A stretch of DNA of 64,000 nt from an uncultured Planctomycetaceae bacterium (GTDB lineage: Bacteria; Planctomycetota; Planctomycetia; Planctomycetales; Planctomycetaceae). The DNA lies in the NCBI GenBank assembly GCA_963815195.1, contig CAWFGE010000009.1:1-64000 (forward strand), given 5' to 3'. Under the pieces are notes generated by a model that did not search any database, was not told the origin of the DNA, and saw nothing but the letters and a program-made list of their open reading frames with translations. Below, one piece after another: positions 22,099 through 33,289 of this stretch (its first letter is position 1; every line of letters begins with the position of its first letter). A program made the position numbers and the translations under genes.

Positions 22099-22320
22099 AT
22101 GTCCGCAACTCGCGATGAAATCCTCACGGCTGCCTTGCTATTGTCCGAATCTGATCGGCTGGCAATCGTCAACCGGTTGCTCGAGACGATGCCCGCGGAT
22201 GCCCCGGACTTCGGCGTGGACGGTCCAGACTTCGCGGAAGAACTCCAGCGACGGTCGGGAGATTGGGACGGCGCTGTGCCGTGGGACCAATTGCGAGACG
22301 AACTTCGGTCGGATCGATGA
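22099..22320 (+). CDS. Addiction-module antitoxin (TIGR02574-like)
   Basis: EIL.AALLLSESDRLAIVNRLLETM..AEELQRR..AVPWDQLR pattern. Confidence 0.7.
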   Translation: MSATRDEILTAALLLSESDRLAIVNRLLETMPADAPDFGVDGPDFAEELQRRSGDWDGAVPWDQLRDELRSDR

Positions 22321-22638
22321 TCACGACGAGCTTTCATCGGTTGCTGGACCAGGCCCGGGAATTGGGAGATCCTGTCGGAAGTTCAAGATGAAGGCGGATT
22401 TTGGGACGATCGCAATGTGCCAAAACTCGTGGAAACGATTGGCCAATGGAATCGGCATATCGCAGGATTCGTCGGGCAGTTCAAAGACCAACTCGGACAC
22501 GATTTTATTGCTCCCATCACGGACTATCCGAACTTCGAACATCTGGAAGCCGACGACCACCAGGATTAACCGTATTGGCCAACCAGACCGACAGCCACGA
22601 AGGTCGGCGTTTCCCGTAGGCAAAGACAGGAACACCCC

Positions 22639-22857
22639 ATGCGAACCATTGAAATCCAGGGCCAGGAACACGCCTCGGTGCACGACGCCTTGGTCGAACT
22701 CAACTTTTCCGGCGACCGCGCGATCAGCATCGGCGGCCGGTTTTTCACCGTCGATGAAGCCGAGTACCGTCGGCTGCAAGCCGAGGGCATTCAACCGACG
22801 ACTTGGTATCACCACGAGGCGAGCGACCGCATCATCAGCGTGCCCGGCAAAGACTGA
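22639..22857 (+). CDS. Small hypothetical protein
   Basis: AGGA RBS, clean 72-aa ORF, hairpin near 22893-22925. Confidence 0.55.
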   Translation: MRTIEIQGQEHASVHDALVELNFSGDRAISIGGRFFTVDEAEYRRLQAEGIQPTTWYHHEASDRIISVPGKD

Positions 22858-23294
22858 TTCGCGAAAAACCGGCCGCAGCGTCGGCCAACCTGACGCCCCG
22901 TGTTCGCCACACGCGGGCGTTTTCTCGTGGCTTGGGACGTTCTTCAAATCCGCACCGCCTTTCGCCCACGGGCCAACGTCACGCGTCTGGCGGCGAATTT
23001 GGAACTCCCCGGCGGTTCGTCGCATCGCAAATGTCTCTCAAATTGGGCCTGTTTTTCGCTTGCATTTGACACGTATTTGAACCATTAAAGATGGGGGCGG
23101 GGTAGCGATCGCGTTGTTCTATGCGCACGGATCGGCAACGAAATCGAACCTGTTTTTGGGCCGGTGGGGAGCAGCAAATTGCGGAATTCGGCGGAAGAGT
23201 CAGAATGGCAATCCACCCCATTTTCTTGCCGTTTTTCCCTTGTTTTTGTTATGTTTTTTGCACGCTGTAAGGTGATGCGGGTCTTGAGTCAGGA

Positions 23295-23762
23295 TCACCT
23301 TACCAGGTCCGAATACACTTCATTCCACAGGTCTTCCGCCCAATTGATCCAAGCGAATGCCTGAGCCAGTTGCTGAAGATCCACGTCGGCATCCACCAGT
23401 TGCAATGCTCGCCTTAAGCCGGTGGGGGTCGGACGCAAATACCTTACGCGGTTTCTCCGGCCTTTCCGGAGGCAAGTCACCAACCCACGATGTTCCAAGC
23501 GGTGGGCGGCTCGGGAATAGTCTTTGCGCCGCGTTGCATTGAGCGAACCGCCAAACCAGCGAGCCGGTTGATAGGGAATACCAAAGTGCTGGACGGTCGC
23601 CAATTGGATGTTGTCAGCCGGCGGGGTCACAAGCACGGCTTCCCCGAAGACTTCCAATTCCGCCAGCAGAGTCAATAGAATGCGATTGCCGTTGTGGTCG
23701 ATTTGAGTCACGATGTTAACCCCGCCTGCATGCCATTGGTTCGGAATTCTCTTCAAGTACAA
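23295..23762 (-). CDS. Hypothetical protein, possibly winged-helix
   Basis: YSRAAHRLEHRGLV..RVRYLRPTPTG resembles a wHTH wing; start uncertain. Confidence 0.45.
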   Translation of the reverse strand: MYLKRIPNQWHAGGVNIVTQIDHNGNRILLTLLAELEVFGEAVLVTPPADNIQLATVQHFGIPYQPARWFGGSLNATRRKDYSRAAHRLEHRGLVTCLRKGRRNRVRYLRPTPTGLRRALQLVDADVDLQQLAQAFAWINWAEDLWNEVYSDLVR

Positions 23763-23850
23763 ATGTAATTAACAAGAGCCGTTCAAGTACAAATGTAATT
23801 TATATTCAAGTACAAATGTAATTTCTTTACGTCAATACATATTGACGTAA
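23752..23850. repeat. Three 19-bp direct repeats plus an 11-bp inverted repeat (iteron/operator-like)
   Basis: TTCAAGTACAAATGTAATT at 23752, 23782, 23805; TTACGTCAATA-CA-TATTGACGTAA at 23827-23850. Confidence 0.9.
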
Positions 23851-23965
23851 GTGCAGTCCTAATAGGTACTTCCTGGCCATCGTATTTCCCTAACTTCCAG
23901 CGGAACAACCGCAATAGGGGACAGACTTTGTTTTGTGTGGCATAGCTGTCCGATTTTTCGGGTAT

Positions 23966-24403
23966 TCATGGATTCGGAACTCTCCGAATGGCCCCGCGGG
24001 CCACGGCTCGGACTTGCCCGCCGATTTCCACCAACAGCAGATCCCATCCGGGTTCGCCGATGTGAGCCAGGACTTGGCTCTGCCACAACTCCCGTTCTGC
24101 GGGGGCAGGGAATTCAGCCTCCAGGTCGGTAATCAAGCGGCCGCGCGTGCCGGTAGGGATCACGCCCAAGTTTCCGTTGCTGGTGAAACAGGGCAGATCG
24201 CGGGTGGTGATGATCCGCTCTCGATCAGGCGCATCGCCGTTCGTTTCCAGCAATTCTGCAATCGTGTGCTTGTGCTGCTTCAGGGCCTGCAATAATTCGG
24301 GCGTCATTTTGGACTGCGGATGAAACCGCAGTCGATTGCCGATGCGAGATAAGGAGATTCCCCGGCTCTTCAATTGCTGGACGAGCTCGAAAGCGCCAAC
24401 CAT
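23966..24403 (-). CDS. Hypothetical protein with TubC-N-like N-terminus
   Basis: ELVQQLKSRGISLSRIGNRLRF..MTPELLQALKQHKHTIAELL. Confidence 0.55.
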   Translation of the reverse strand: MVGAFELVQQLKSRGISLSRIGNRLRFHPQSKMTPELLQALKQHKHTIAELLETNGDAPDRERIITTRDLPCFTSNGNLGVIPTGTRGRLITDLEAEFPAPAERELWQSQVLAHIGEPGWDLLLVEIGGQVRAVARGAIRRVPNP

Positions 24404-24453
24404 TTATGATCCCGGCATCTGAGGTGAAGAAAAGCGGCTGATTCAGAAACGGA

Positions 24454-24951
24454 GGTGGGTTTAGTGGGTGTGTATTGGTTTCATTTGGCCCCTTCTATAT
24501 AGACTAATAATTCTTTAATTTATATTTTTGATTTTTTCTCACGATATATAGATGGCTAAACGAAACCCACGGAAAACCGCAAACCCACCCCCCCAGAACC
24601 CAGTCCTCCGGTGAGATGACTTCGTAATCGTCGGAATCGTTCACGGAGGCCAACACGAGCACTTCTCTGGGAACGGCCGCTCAACTGCATCACCGACAGC
24701 GGCGCACCAGTGGGTGTTTTGCTGGCCGGTGACTTTGGACTGCCAGCCATTCGCGACCTGCCGGGGAACGTCATGCAGCTTTCAACCAGAGACTTTCTCG
24801 GACGGCCGGCGAGGGTGGGTTTGGTGGGTGTTTTGGGATTCATTCAGCCCCTTCTATATAGACTAAATAATTCTATATTTGTATTTTTGATTTTTTCTCA
24901 CGATATATAGATGGCTAGATGAAACCGACGAAAGCCCCCAAACCCACCCTC
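24454..24951. repeat. Two ~135-bp AT-cored direct repeats, each bracketed by inverted repeats
   Basis: Copies 24454-24589 and 24811-24951 share GCCCCTTCTATATAGACTAA and TATTTTTGATTTTTTCTCACGATATATAGATGGCTA; ends GGTGGGTTT/AAACCCACC. Confidence 0.9.
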
Positions 24952-25032
24952 AAGTCAATCTTCGAGTGAAAGTTCTCCGTACTCCTTGGAATCCTGGACG
25001 GAGGCCTGCCACAAATTCCTCCGCCGGGGCCT

Positions 25033-27669
25033 TCATCTGCTGGCGGGATGCGTCCGCCGCCGATCCGCCTCCGTGAAATCTGTGGGAACGACGGCCCAAT
25101 GCAAGGTGTTCTTCCGGCTCCAACTCCGTAACTGCCAGCCATCGACAATCCGCCCTCGGAGATGTCCGAGTTTTCGGCCCAGAGACTTGCTACTGGGCAG
25201 ACGGCCGGAGGCGCCCACGTGACATAACTCCTCAATCGCTTCCCGCAGCGTCTCGTGATGATTCGGTTCTTCTTCGAGGATTTTCAGGATCTTCAGGGCC
25301 GGTAAACCATGTCCCATCGGGTCCAGTTCGCGCAGGCCCTCCAACAGGCCTCCCAAGGCCATCACCTCGCGGTCGCTGTACTCGATAAGCTCCTGCTTGG
25401 CTCCCGCGGGATCGGGCAAATCACACCAGACGACGGCCTGACGCACCAACCGAGACCAGCCCTCATAACTTCCCCAACTCGGCAGCGGCAGATCAGGTCG
25501 TCCTGCGACGTGATAACCGCGGAGGATGGTCAAAGCCGCTACCAGCAGCTTTTCGCGATTCCATTGCACATAAGAAGCCAGGTGAGGATGTTGAAAGCCC
25601 GAACGTTCCTCGGGCCGTTCCAAGGGCGACTCCAAGCGAACGTGGCAAACCCGGCGGCTCGTATCCGCCAGGAGGGCCACGTTATTCCCACTGGCACACC
25701 AGGTCACGTTCAGGGGCAGTTCGACGACTTCGGACCGCCCCAGAATGCGATCCTTCCATTCGGTGGTGGTCAGCACCGCGTCCAAGGCAGGGCACCCCAG
25801 CGTCCCGGCGATGTTATCCAACAACACGAACGTGTCCCCGTGCAGGGCAATCGCCGTGATTGCTTTCATGAATTCCGTGTTGTCCCGCGGCGGACTCATT
25901 CGCGGCACCGGCCGCCCGGTCAGCAGCAAATAGACGAGGTCGCACAGCAGGCTCTTCCCGCTTCCGCGCATGTTGGCGTCCACGAGAAACAAGGGGGCGG
26001 GACCGGAAAACGCCGCTCGCGCCAACGGCGTCAGCAAAAAGGCCAGCCAGGCCGCCCGATGTTCGGGCCGGGCAAAGGGAAAATCACACACGACCTCCAG
26101 GAGCCGATCCCGGGCCGCGATCGCTTCGGCTTGGTTGGGGCGATCGGGAATCGCGGGCAGATTGCAGGTGGGAAAATACACGTACCGGGTGGGCGGATCG
26201 TAGCCGGCCTTGAGGAGAATGCTGCCGTCCCGGCACAGCAGGGGATAATCCGTCACGCCCTCCAGATGCCGCATGCCCGGCCAGTCCCCAAACGAAGCCA
26301 CGGCCTTGACGCACCAATGGGGCGGTGAAGCTCTGGATTTCTTCGATCCCATCCGGCGTTTTCTTGGTGGTCACGAATTTCACACAGGCGGAGAGATGAT
26401 CCCGCACAATCTCCGCCGGGACCGGCGCCAAGAATGGTCGCACCTGGGCTTGCCCGCCGACCAGATGATCGTGCTGCAGAATTCGCACCAAAAGGCTGCC
26501 GCGTTGATAGAGGCCGGGATGGGTTTTTAACGCCTCGGCGGCTCGGCGATTGACCTGGTGCTCATCGCACGAGACAGAGAGCACCCGCCGGTCTTCGGGC
26601 TCGGGCGGAGGCGCCGGTTTGTCGGTGACCACGTCGGCTTTTTCCGCGGCGGCCCAGAGGTCGGCAAACGAGCGTCCCTGCTGAAAATAATCCCGCACGT
26701 CGAGCCCATGGTTCTCTTTGATCTCAAACGGCAACGGCACGAGGCGGACTTCCGCCGAGCGGCAGACGGCCCGGGCGAACTTGCGGGCCCCGGCCTGACC
26801 GGGTTCGTCGGCGTCGCCAATCACATACACCGTCTTTCCCCGAAAGATCGGTTTTGCACAACTCGCGGCGGCCAACGCGCCGTGCGTGTTCGTGACCACG
26901 GCGTGTCCTGCGGGCAGATGCGGATACAATGCCAAGGCATCGGGCAGCCCCTCCACTTTCCACAGCACATCGGCCTCGGCGATGCGATCCGAGCCGCCCA
27001 CAAAAATCCAGCCGTCCTGGGAGCCGCGCAGCAAATGGGTTTTTCTGGCTCCCGGGCCGTTGGGAACCGCGGGAAATTCTGTCCCCATCCGCCCGATACA
27101 AGATCATCCCACAGGGCGTGCGCAGTCGCCCGCAGATCCCGGTAGGAACGGAAGCCGATGCAAGTCATCGGCTGCATCGAGGCTTGGGGCCAGGAGACTA
27201 CCTGGGCTTCCGCGGCCACGATCGCCTCCAACGTGATCGGCGGTTTCGATTCGGCCCAGCGGGAAAGGTCCGCCTCCGCATTGTCCAGGACACGGATCTG
27301 ATCCCAGCGGACGCGACCTGCCGGCGGCGGATTCTTTGGGAGCGCGATCTTCGCCTCCTGGGCATAGTGGTTCCGCGCCGCTTTCCAATCGGCGTACGGA
27401 CCATACTGTGCGGCAAAGTCAAACAGACTCCACGACTTGTCGTCCTGGGCGAAGTCATGAAATTTCCCGAAGGCGGGCGAGGCCGGATCGACGCACACAC
27501 CGGCCGAAGGATTCTCGTCGTCCCGGTCCATCGCATGGCAGGCCAACCAACCGTTGGCATTCGGTTCCTGCGCCGTAAAGCGGACGCCGAGTTCAGCGTA
27601 GACCGCCCGCAAATCCAAAGCTTCCAGAATCTGTTGTTGTCGTTCTTTCCAGGTGCCAGTCTTCGTCAT
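25033..27669 (-). CDS. Primase-helicase (Zn-finger-like + TOPRIM + P-loop NTPase), split by two indels
   Basis: WLACHAMDRDDENPSA; KVEGLPDALAL..IGDADEPGQ (TOPRIM); ANMRGSGKSLL, LLDNI, DRILG, SGNN. Confidence 0.8.
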
Positions 27670-27848
27670 TCGCAGTCCTTAATGAGAAAAGGGAGCAGTC
27701 AGAGTCAATACGCCGCTTGCCAGGACGCCTTTGACGAAGTGGAAGCGGCGCCTAGGGAACTATCATTTCCCGTCCACAACAGAGCTACCTTTTCCAAGGT
27801 GCCTCATGGGGTGATGGTTTGGGTGAGGTTGTCAATCATTCTCCACCG

Positions 27849-28272
27849 TTAGCGAACAGAATCACGATATTCGTTGCTTGATTCGTCTTTTGAAGCGAAA
27901 TTTCGCTTCCGGGATTTGCGACGTTTTTCCATGGCCTGTTTATGCCGTTCCTCCCAGCGATCGATAAAGGCAAACATCCGCTGGATTTGGTTTTCCGTGA
28001 GCCGGCACTTGTCGAACTCGACGAAATCTCCCGAGCTCGAATCGACCGTCTGAATCACAGCAATAGATTGAGATCCCTGGTTTCCAGAGGCCCCTCCCCA
28101 GCGGGCGGTGGTCTGGGATGACCCACACGATCAATTTCCACCAACGATCCACCAGCCAACGCCCGTCCCGAGGACGAATACACTCCCTGGGATCGAGTTC
28201 GTCGAGTCGGTCAAGCAATTTCAGAACATCCACATTGACGAGCGGTTCAGATTTCACACTTTTCTTTCTCAT
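27849..28272 (-). CDS. Hypothetical protein, paralog of 29792..30157 (one indel)
   Basis: EPLVNVDV.KLLDRLDE..GRWLVDRWWKLIV..FVEFDKC.LTE..IQRMFAFI in both copies. Confidence 0.65.
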
Positions 28273-28483
28273 AGCGCTTTACCTTTTTGCTTGAGCAATT
28301 GAATCTGAGACAGGTTGCGGCCGAAGGCTGATTCTTCGCTCATCGGGACGGGGGATGCGGACTAACATTCGGGCCCAAGTCGCAAACGCATCGATCAAGA
28401 CACCTGCGGAGACGTTCTGTCATCCAGCACTCCAAATACAAAGGGAAAAGGACGGACTCACGCACCTATTAATTGTGGCGCAA

Positions 28484-28939
28484 TCAATCCTCATCGAAAA
28501 ACAGCGGCCAGCGGACGAATTGGAACGAGCCGTCGGCATAAAGCGTCAACAGTTTGTGGTATCCGGTAACGAACACCACGGAGTCTTCCATCAAGCGAAT
28601 CGTGCCGACCTGGAATTGGGCCATGACTTCGGCGGTCGGTTCATTCTCGCACTCGGCGGGGAAGAGAAAGGCCCACTGAGGAATCAGTTGGAGATTCGGA
28701 TTCAGAAGAAATCGGGAATGGGGCACCTGCGTGGTCCGTCGCCAATCGGCGCTGGCGTCTACCCCAGGACGCCTGAGTTGGACGACCCAACTGCCCATGC
28801 TCCAATAATGCTTCAAGAGCCAAGGGCTCGGGTGGAGCAACAGGTCGGCCTGGGGAGTTTCGGGGTCTTCCCAGGGATACCGCCAGAGGGAATGGCCGGG
28901 CACATTGGGATACACCTCAAAAACGGGGGAGGCGAGCAA
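28484..28939 (-). CDS. Hypothetical protein
   Basis: Same orientation as neighbours, plausible composition; no family recognised. Confidence 0.35.
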   Translation of the reverse strand: MLASPVFEVYPNVPGHSLWRYPWEDPETPQADLLLHPSPWLLKHYWSMGSWVVQLRRPGVDASADWRRTTQVPHSRFLLNPNLQLIPQWAFLFPAECENEPTAEVMAQFQVGTIRLMEDSVVFVTGYHKLLTLYADGSFQFVRWPLFFDED

Positions 28940-29443
28940 TCGGGAGAGGAGTTTTTCCGTCGGAATCCGTCGGCGAAGGTTTGGGGAGGGCGATCAGTTC
29001 GGAGTGTTGGGAATGGTTCAAATGAGACTCCAGCTTGAGAAAAAATGAAACGCCAACGCACAGCCGCTCAAACCAGGACGTGTCACATCACAGCCCCCCC
29101 CTTTCTAGGAATGAAGAACAACACGAAAATCGACATTACGACGATTCAAAAGCCCCTACGTCTCGGCGATCAGGCTGAGGTTGTCGGGGGGCACGCAGCC
29201 TTGGTGACCGCGTTTGCGTTGCATAACCGAACGAGACGAGTTTGGAGTATGCGACTCGCGTATTGGGTCCAATTTCCGCCCACATGCTGGATCGGCTGCA
29301 ATCCGTCGCAAAATCGGAGCGCGGATTGTCGCCGCGGGCGCACGGCAGGGAATCCCTGTTACTAGACGTCTAGTAAGCGAATGAAGAAGTCGCCCGCGAT
29401 CCACGAAGAAATGGATGGCGTCTAGTAACCGGGCCTGACGCGG

Positions 29444-29737
29444 CTAACTGGCTCCGCCCGCCGTAAGAGGGGGGCCATCGGACTCCATGCGGGCGAGTTC
29501 CGAGGCGATGTAATCCACGCTGGCCTCGGAAAAGATGCGGGCGTTTCCGGCCCAATTGACGGGCTCGATCTGCCGGCTGCGAATGACGTACTCGACCCGG
29601 TGTCGAGCGACTCCCAACCGTTCGGCAATCACGGCCACGGTGGGAACAAAGGCGGGAGACTCTGCCAAGGTGAACCTCACTGAAGAGAATAAAGAATATC
29701 CGGTAAACGTCACACCGGATGTCCAATTCGACATCAA
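29444..29737 (-). CDS. Small HTH DNA-binding protein (MerR/excisionase-like)
   Basis: PTVAVIAERLGVARHRVEYVIRSRQIEP...AGNARIFSE; true start probably internal. Confidence 0.6.
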   Translation of the reverse strand: MMSNWTSGVTFTGYSLFSSVRFTLAESPAFVPTVAVIAERLGVARHRVEYVIRSRQIEPVNWAGNARIFSEASVDYIASELARMESDGPPLTAGGAS

Positions 29738-29791
29738 TTCTCTGATCTGGCGACGGACTCCATGTTAGACCTGCCCGTTTTGCAGGTGTTT

Positions 29792-30157
29792 TCATTTGCG
29801 AGATTTCCGGCGTTTTTCAGTCGCCTTTTTGCGCCGTTCCTCCCAGCGGTTGATAAATGCAAACATCCGCTGGATCTCGCTTTCCGTGAGTTGGCACTTG
29901 TCGAACTCGACAAACTCGGTGCCGAATCCACCTTCCTCGTCACGGCAGAGGATGGAGATCCCGGGTTTCCAGTCGCCTCCCCCAAGCGGGCGATGGTCCG
30001 GGATCACCCGCACGATCAACTTCCACCACCGATCCACCAGCCAACGCCCCTTCCGAGGCGGCATCCCCTCTCGCGGATTCACCTCATCAAGCCGGTCAAG
30101 CAATTTCGGCACATCAACGTTCACGAGCGGTTCCGGCGGCAGCGTTTTCTTTCTCAT
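29792..30157 (-). CDS. Hypothetical protein, paralog of 27849..28272
   Basis: AGGAG RBS; strong visible similarity to the other copy. Confidence 0.7.
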   Translation of the reverse strand: MRKKTLPPEPLVNVDVPKLLDRLDEVNPREGMPPRKGRWLVDRWWKLIVRVIPDHRPLGGGDWKPGISILCRDEEGGFGTEFVEFDKCQLTESEIQRMFAFINRWEERRKKATEKRRKSRK

Positions 30158-30554
30158 CTCACTTCTCCTTGTTCATCGACCGCCCAGGGTTCTTGGAGCA
30201 TCACGATGCGGAAAATACAAGCTCTCTTGAAGTGCAAAAAAACATGTCCCCCTATTGTTGACCTACCGCGTTTCGCCGCGGCGCGACGAAAGTTTTTGCA
30301 AAAAATCTCAAATTCCTTCGGAATGGGACCACGGACGTGAAATCTGAATCTCGCGTTTCTCCCAGGCGATGGCCGTCCGGCGAATGGTGTGAGTGATTGC
30401 GAAAAAATTCTCCCTCTATTTATTACCTACCGCGTTTGGACAGAGCGCGACGACGGATTCTTTACAATTCTTAAGGTTTTCCCAAATGGGGATCCCGACG
30501 TGGAAAATCCTCCAGCTTTTTCGGGCCCGACGCGATCCCAATTGGCTGCCCCGC

Positions 30555-31352
30555 TTACGACAATGGCTCGACACCGGCTTGCTTCAGAACCTGTCCCAGC
30601 GCGGAGATGTCGTTCTTCAGTCGGCCACGGCTCAATGCCAGTGTCTCCCTGGTTTCACGGTAATTGTAGACCTGCAACAACATCGCCAGCTTACGAAGTC
30701 CCGGCGAAAGGTGGTCGATCGCATCTTGCAGGTCGACTCGATCGAATTCCGTCAAAAAATGGCGTTTGAATCGCCGCCGATGATGGACTTCCCGGTCGAG
30801 AACCTCCTCAACGGAAAGTTCTTCGCCCTCATCACCGGGCGGGACGTTGTCCTCCAACCATTGGCGTTGCGTCGCACGCCGTTTCTTGCGTCGGTGAAAC
30901 TTTCGGAGATCCTTGCACTTGGAAACGGCGAGCCGCCTCACAAAGGTGCCCCAGGAAGCCCGTGCCGGATCGAAATTGCGAAACTGCTTCCAAAGCGCCA
31001 GCCAACAGGCTTGTTCCACATCCTCAAGGGAGTCGGGATACCAGTCGTAAATTCGAAGAAACCGTTTGGCAACAAACCGAATCTTCTTTTGAGCGGTGGG
31101 ATCCGCGGGCAGCCGTTCGGGATGCTCGAAAAACTCCCAAGGGGGTGATCCCTCATCTGCGACAAGGCAGCGTCCTTCGGCATCCGAACGGGATGCATCC
31201 GTGGAAAACCGCGGGCCGTTGGAATCTCGGTTGCCGGAATCATCGAATCTCCGCTGCGGGAATAAGGAAGAAACGTCGTCCCCTATTAGTCTCATGCGAC
31301 AAAAAACCGCGCAAGTGCGCGTGATTTTTTGATTTCTCGAAGTTTTTGGCAT
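30555..31352 (-). CDS. Sigma-70 (ECF-like) factor of the mobile element
   Basis: Region 2 EDVEQACWLALW...FDPARASWGTFV; region 4 DLQDAIDHLSPGLRKLA. Confidence 0.75.
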   Translation of the reverse strand: MPKTSRNQKITRTCAVFCRMRLIGDDVSSLFPQRRFDDSGNRDSNGPRFSTDASRSDAEGRCLVADEGSPPWEFFEHPERLPADPTAQKKIRFVAKRFLRIYDWYPDSLEDVEQACWLALWKQFRNFDPARASWGTFVRRLAVSKCKDLRKFHRRKKRRATQRQWLEDNVPPGDEGEELSVEEVLDREVHHRRRFKRHFLTEFDRVDLQDAIDHLSPGLRKLAMLLQVYNYRETRETLALSRGRLKNDISALGQVLKQAGVEPLS

Positions 31353-31899
31353 AATAAATGCTCCCAGGGCTAATCACGAGTGTGAATCTGTTGGAGTAAT
31401 TGTCTTTAACCTATTTATGCTGAATGACTTATGGAATTTGACGCGGTGCTTGAGGTTTTGCGAGTGTCCGCGCGCAAAATTCCCATGGGATTCAATAATC
31501 CACATTTGGGAAAAGCTTCTGGCGAGACGCTGAGGTGGGAGTTAGGAGGGAGAAATCGCGTCCCGCCGCGCAAAAAAAGAGCGAGGCATGCTCTCGCGCG
31601 TCAGCGACAAACCTCCAACCAAACCAGATGGGAGAGGCAAGAACAATCTGGTCGGAAATCAGGATGCGAGCGATTGGGGATCGAAAAATGCGCATCGGAC
31701 GGAACTTGTATGCCAAGGACTGATGCATTTATATTTACAGTAAAATACATCTGCGTCTGTTCAGTGTCAAACGAGAAACTGCGGGATTTCTGAATTTCCC
31801 GAAGCGGTCCCAGTACCAAACAGGGGGATTTATTGGTGGACCGGAATTCTGCAAATTCGAGGACGAGGCCGTCTTTCGTTGGCATGTCTCTTCTAGCGA

Positions 31900-32419
31900 T
31901 TCCGCGTCCTGGCATCGGACCAACTCAAACAGCGAGTTTTCATCTATTGATTCCAGACGTTGTAGATGGGGAGATCGAAATCCGCGAAATTCTAGCGAAA
32001 ACTCCGCAGTGGGATTTTCGCTAAAACTTTTCACGCAATCGGCGACCGTCCGTTGCGGGCGTCGACGGCCTCTGCGATCTCTTCCTGAGTAACCCCTCGG
32101 TCAGGTCATGCTGGCGTTTCTTGCAAACGTCGATGGTCGAGCCGCTGCCGGCGAAGGGGTCGATGACGATCGAACCCGGCTCCGTGTAGAGATACAGCAG
32201 ATTGTCGAGCCAACGGGGTTCCGAGTTGCCGAAGTGGTCTGGCCCCGGAGTTTTCGTCTGTTGTTTCCAGACGTTGTAGATCGGGGGATCGAAATCGGCG
32301 TTGTTTGTCGAAAATTTCACCGTGGAAATTTCAGCAAATTCCTTCACCCAATCGGACGGTCTGCCGCGGGGTGTCGATGGCCTCTGCGATCGGCGGCCAC
32401 GTGAAAGGCATTTGGCCAT
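31900..32419 (-). pseudogene. Decayed N4/N6 DNA methyltransferase remnant with internal duplication
   Basis: YNVW..HFG..LLYLYTEPGSIVIDPFAGSGST; second degenerate copy ~313 bp away. Confidence 0.65.
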
Positions 32420-33259
32420 CGCCAGCCAGGGGCGAGTTCTTTAGCTGGCTGAAGAACCGCCAAAATCTCGCGATAATGCTCTCATCGAGGAGACCGGCTA
32501 AAACAGCAGCTTTCGCCGATGCGACTTCGCTTAAGCAAACGCGGAGATTCACGAGGGCGGGGCTGCTTCCAAGTCACCCGACCAATTCACTTTGGGACCA
32601 GCCGTCCTCTTATGCGCGGCGGGGCCAACCTGGGAATCAAATTATTCGCCGGTGCATAAAGTGGCAGGATTTCGTAACATTGGCTCTCATCCGGGATTCC
32701 GGCGAATACAGCAGATTTTGCTCATGTGACTTCACTGATGGGAAATTCGACGGCTCAACAGGAATTGGCCAATAGAGCCGCTGTTCGACGTCATCCTCGT
32801 CCAAGATTTTAAGCTGCCACGTAAAGGGTGAGAGAATTATTCAAAATCCACCTTTGGTGGGATTTGAACCATTCAGTCCGACGCGAATCTTTATCACAAC
32901 GCCCATTTGGAAAGACCATTCCAATACGCCGGCCCGGAGATATAACACGTGTTATAAACTTGGACGGCGATTCTCCATGTCCCCAATTGGCGAGGTCATC
33001 AATGGCAGATTTTACCATGCCGATGCCAGCACGACGAAGCAATCTCCGCCAGAACCGCTCGGTAAAGTCGACAGGCGCGTTGGTCAAAGTATTAGACGGA
33101 CGACAGCAGTCTGCCGCGGAATCGGCGAAGCAACGATTTTATAAGACGTCTAATAAAAACGTACTGATGGACCATCGATAGGAGATTCAGCGACTGCAGG
33201 TCCCCAACGCACCGATACCACTCAAAGAGGCCTCCGTTCGCTGGAAATCATGGCCATCG

Positions 33260-33289
33260 CCCCATTTACCACTCGAGTGGTAAATGGGG
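33260..33289. repeat. Perfect 30-bp loopless palindrome
   Basis: CCCCATTTACCACTC|GAGTGGTAAATGGGG flanked by ATCG on both sides. Confidence 0.95.

Noticed and set aside
23752..23823. Triple repeat as a CRISPR array
   Set aside because: Repeats are 19 bp with 11- and 4-nt gaps, and no cas genes are present.
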